This document shows positions 37,339 to 37,786 of a stretch of 37,786 nt of DNA, in pieces. Under the pieces are notes generated by a model. It was not told the DNA's origin and did not search any database. It saw nothing but the letters and a program-made list of their open reading frames with translations. The number at the start of each line of letters is the position of its first letter. Position 1 is the stretch's first letter. Source of the DNA: Planctomycetaceae bacterium (GTDB lineage Bacteria; Planctomycetota; Planctomycetia; Pirellulales; UBA1268); NCBI GenBank assembly GCA_046094845.1, contig JBJTIE010000183.1:1-37786 (forward strand). The letters run 5' to 3'. The position numbers were made by a program, and so were the translations under genes.

Positions 37339-37786
37339 CTACGGCTTCGCTGGCGCTGCCGGCTTCTTCGGGTCGAACGTGATCGAGGCGGAGTTGATGC
37401 AATACCGCAGGCCGGTCGGGGGCGGGCCGTCGTTGAAGACGTGACCGAGGTGGGCGCCGCAGCGGCGGCAGGTCACTTCCGTGCGGATCATGAAGTGTGA
37501 GCGGTCCTCGTGCTCGGCGACCGTCTTGCCCTTCACGCCGTCGATCGGCGCGTTGAAGCTCGGCCAGCCGCAGCCCGAATGAAACTTCTCACCCGAACTG
37601 AAGAGCGGCTCGCCGCAGCAGATGCAGCGGTAGGTGCCGGCCGTTTCGGTGTCGGTGTACTTGCCGGTGAAGGCCCGCTCCGTGCCTTTCTTGCGGGCCA
37701 CTTCGAACTGCAGCGGGCTGAGCCGGCGCCGCCACTCCTCGTCGGTCTTCGGGAGATCATCGTCGGCGATGCGGCCGGCGATGGCG
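37339..37786 (-). CDS. msrB: Peptide-methionine (R)-S-oxide reductase; the 5' end lies outside the window
   Basis: KTDEEWR..L...QF.V.R..GTERAF, Cxx[16 protein letters not shown].CxxC.AHLGHVF.DGP and RYCINS motifs. Confidence 0.95.
   Translation of the reverse strand, partial: AIAGRIADDDLPKTDEEWRRRLSPLQFEVARKKGTERAFTGKYTDTETAGTYRCICCGEPLFSSGEKFHSGCGWPSFNAPIDGVKGKTVAEHEDRSHFMIRTEVTCRRCGAHLGHVFNDGPPPTGLRYCINSASITFDPKKPAAPAKP

Overview
High-GC bacterial chromosomal window, most likely from a planctomycete (Pirellulales-like), judging by the PVC-type small basic protein, the long pilM cluster, and two atypical Ser/Thr kinases. Housekeeping genes include hemG, tadA, gltA, a PpiC-type PPIase, mfd, ilvB, cmk, plsC and msrB, plus a circularly permuted ATP-grasp/alpha-E pair. 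A compositionally odd stretch at about 7.7-12.3 kb holds an asnB-type amidotransferase, an unusual MurF-like ligase with a C-terminal 4-Cys motif, and two broken genes. The most striking signal is a complete REP/REPIN-RAYT system. An HUH tyrosine transposase (36369-37064) is flanked by a 69-bp perfect direct repeat and GTAG-REP hairpins. Four 141-143-bp REP doublets of the same family lie elsewhere in the window, and their internal arms resemble the RAYT's own flanks. Further palindrome families and a candidate structured RNA (about 6.0-6.1 kb) are also present. All calls come from reading motifs by eye; no database searches were run.
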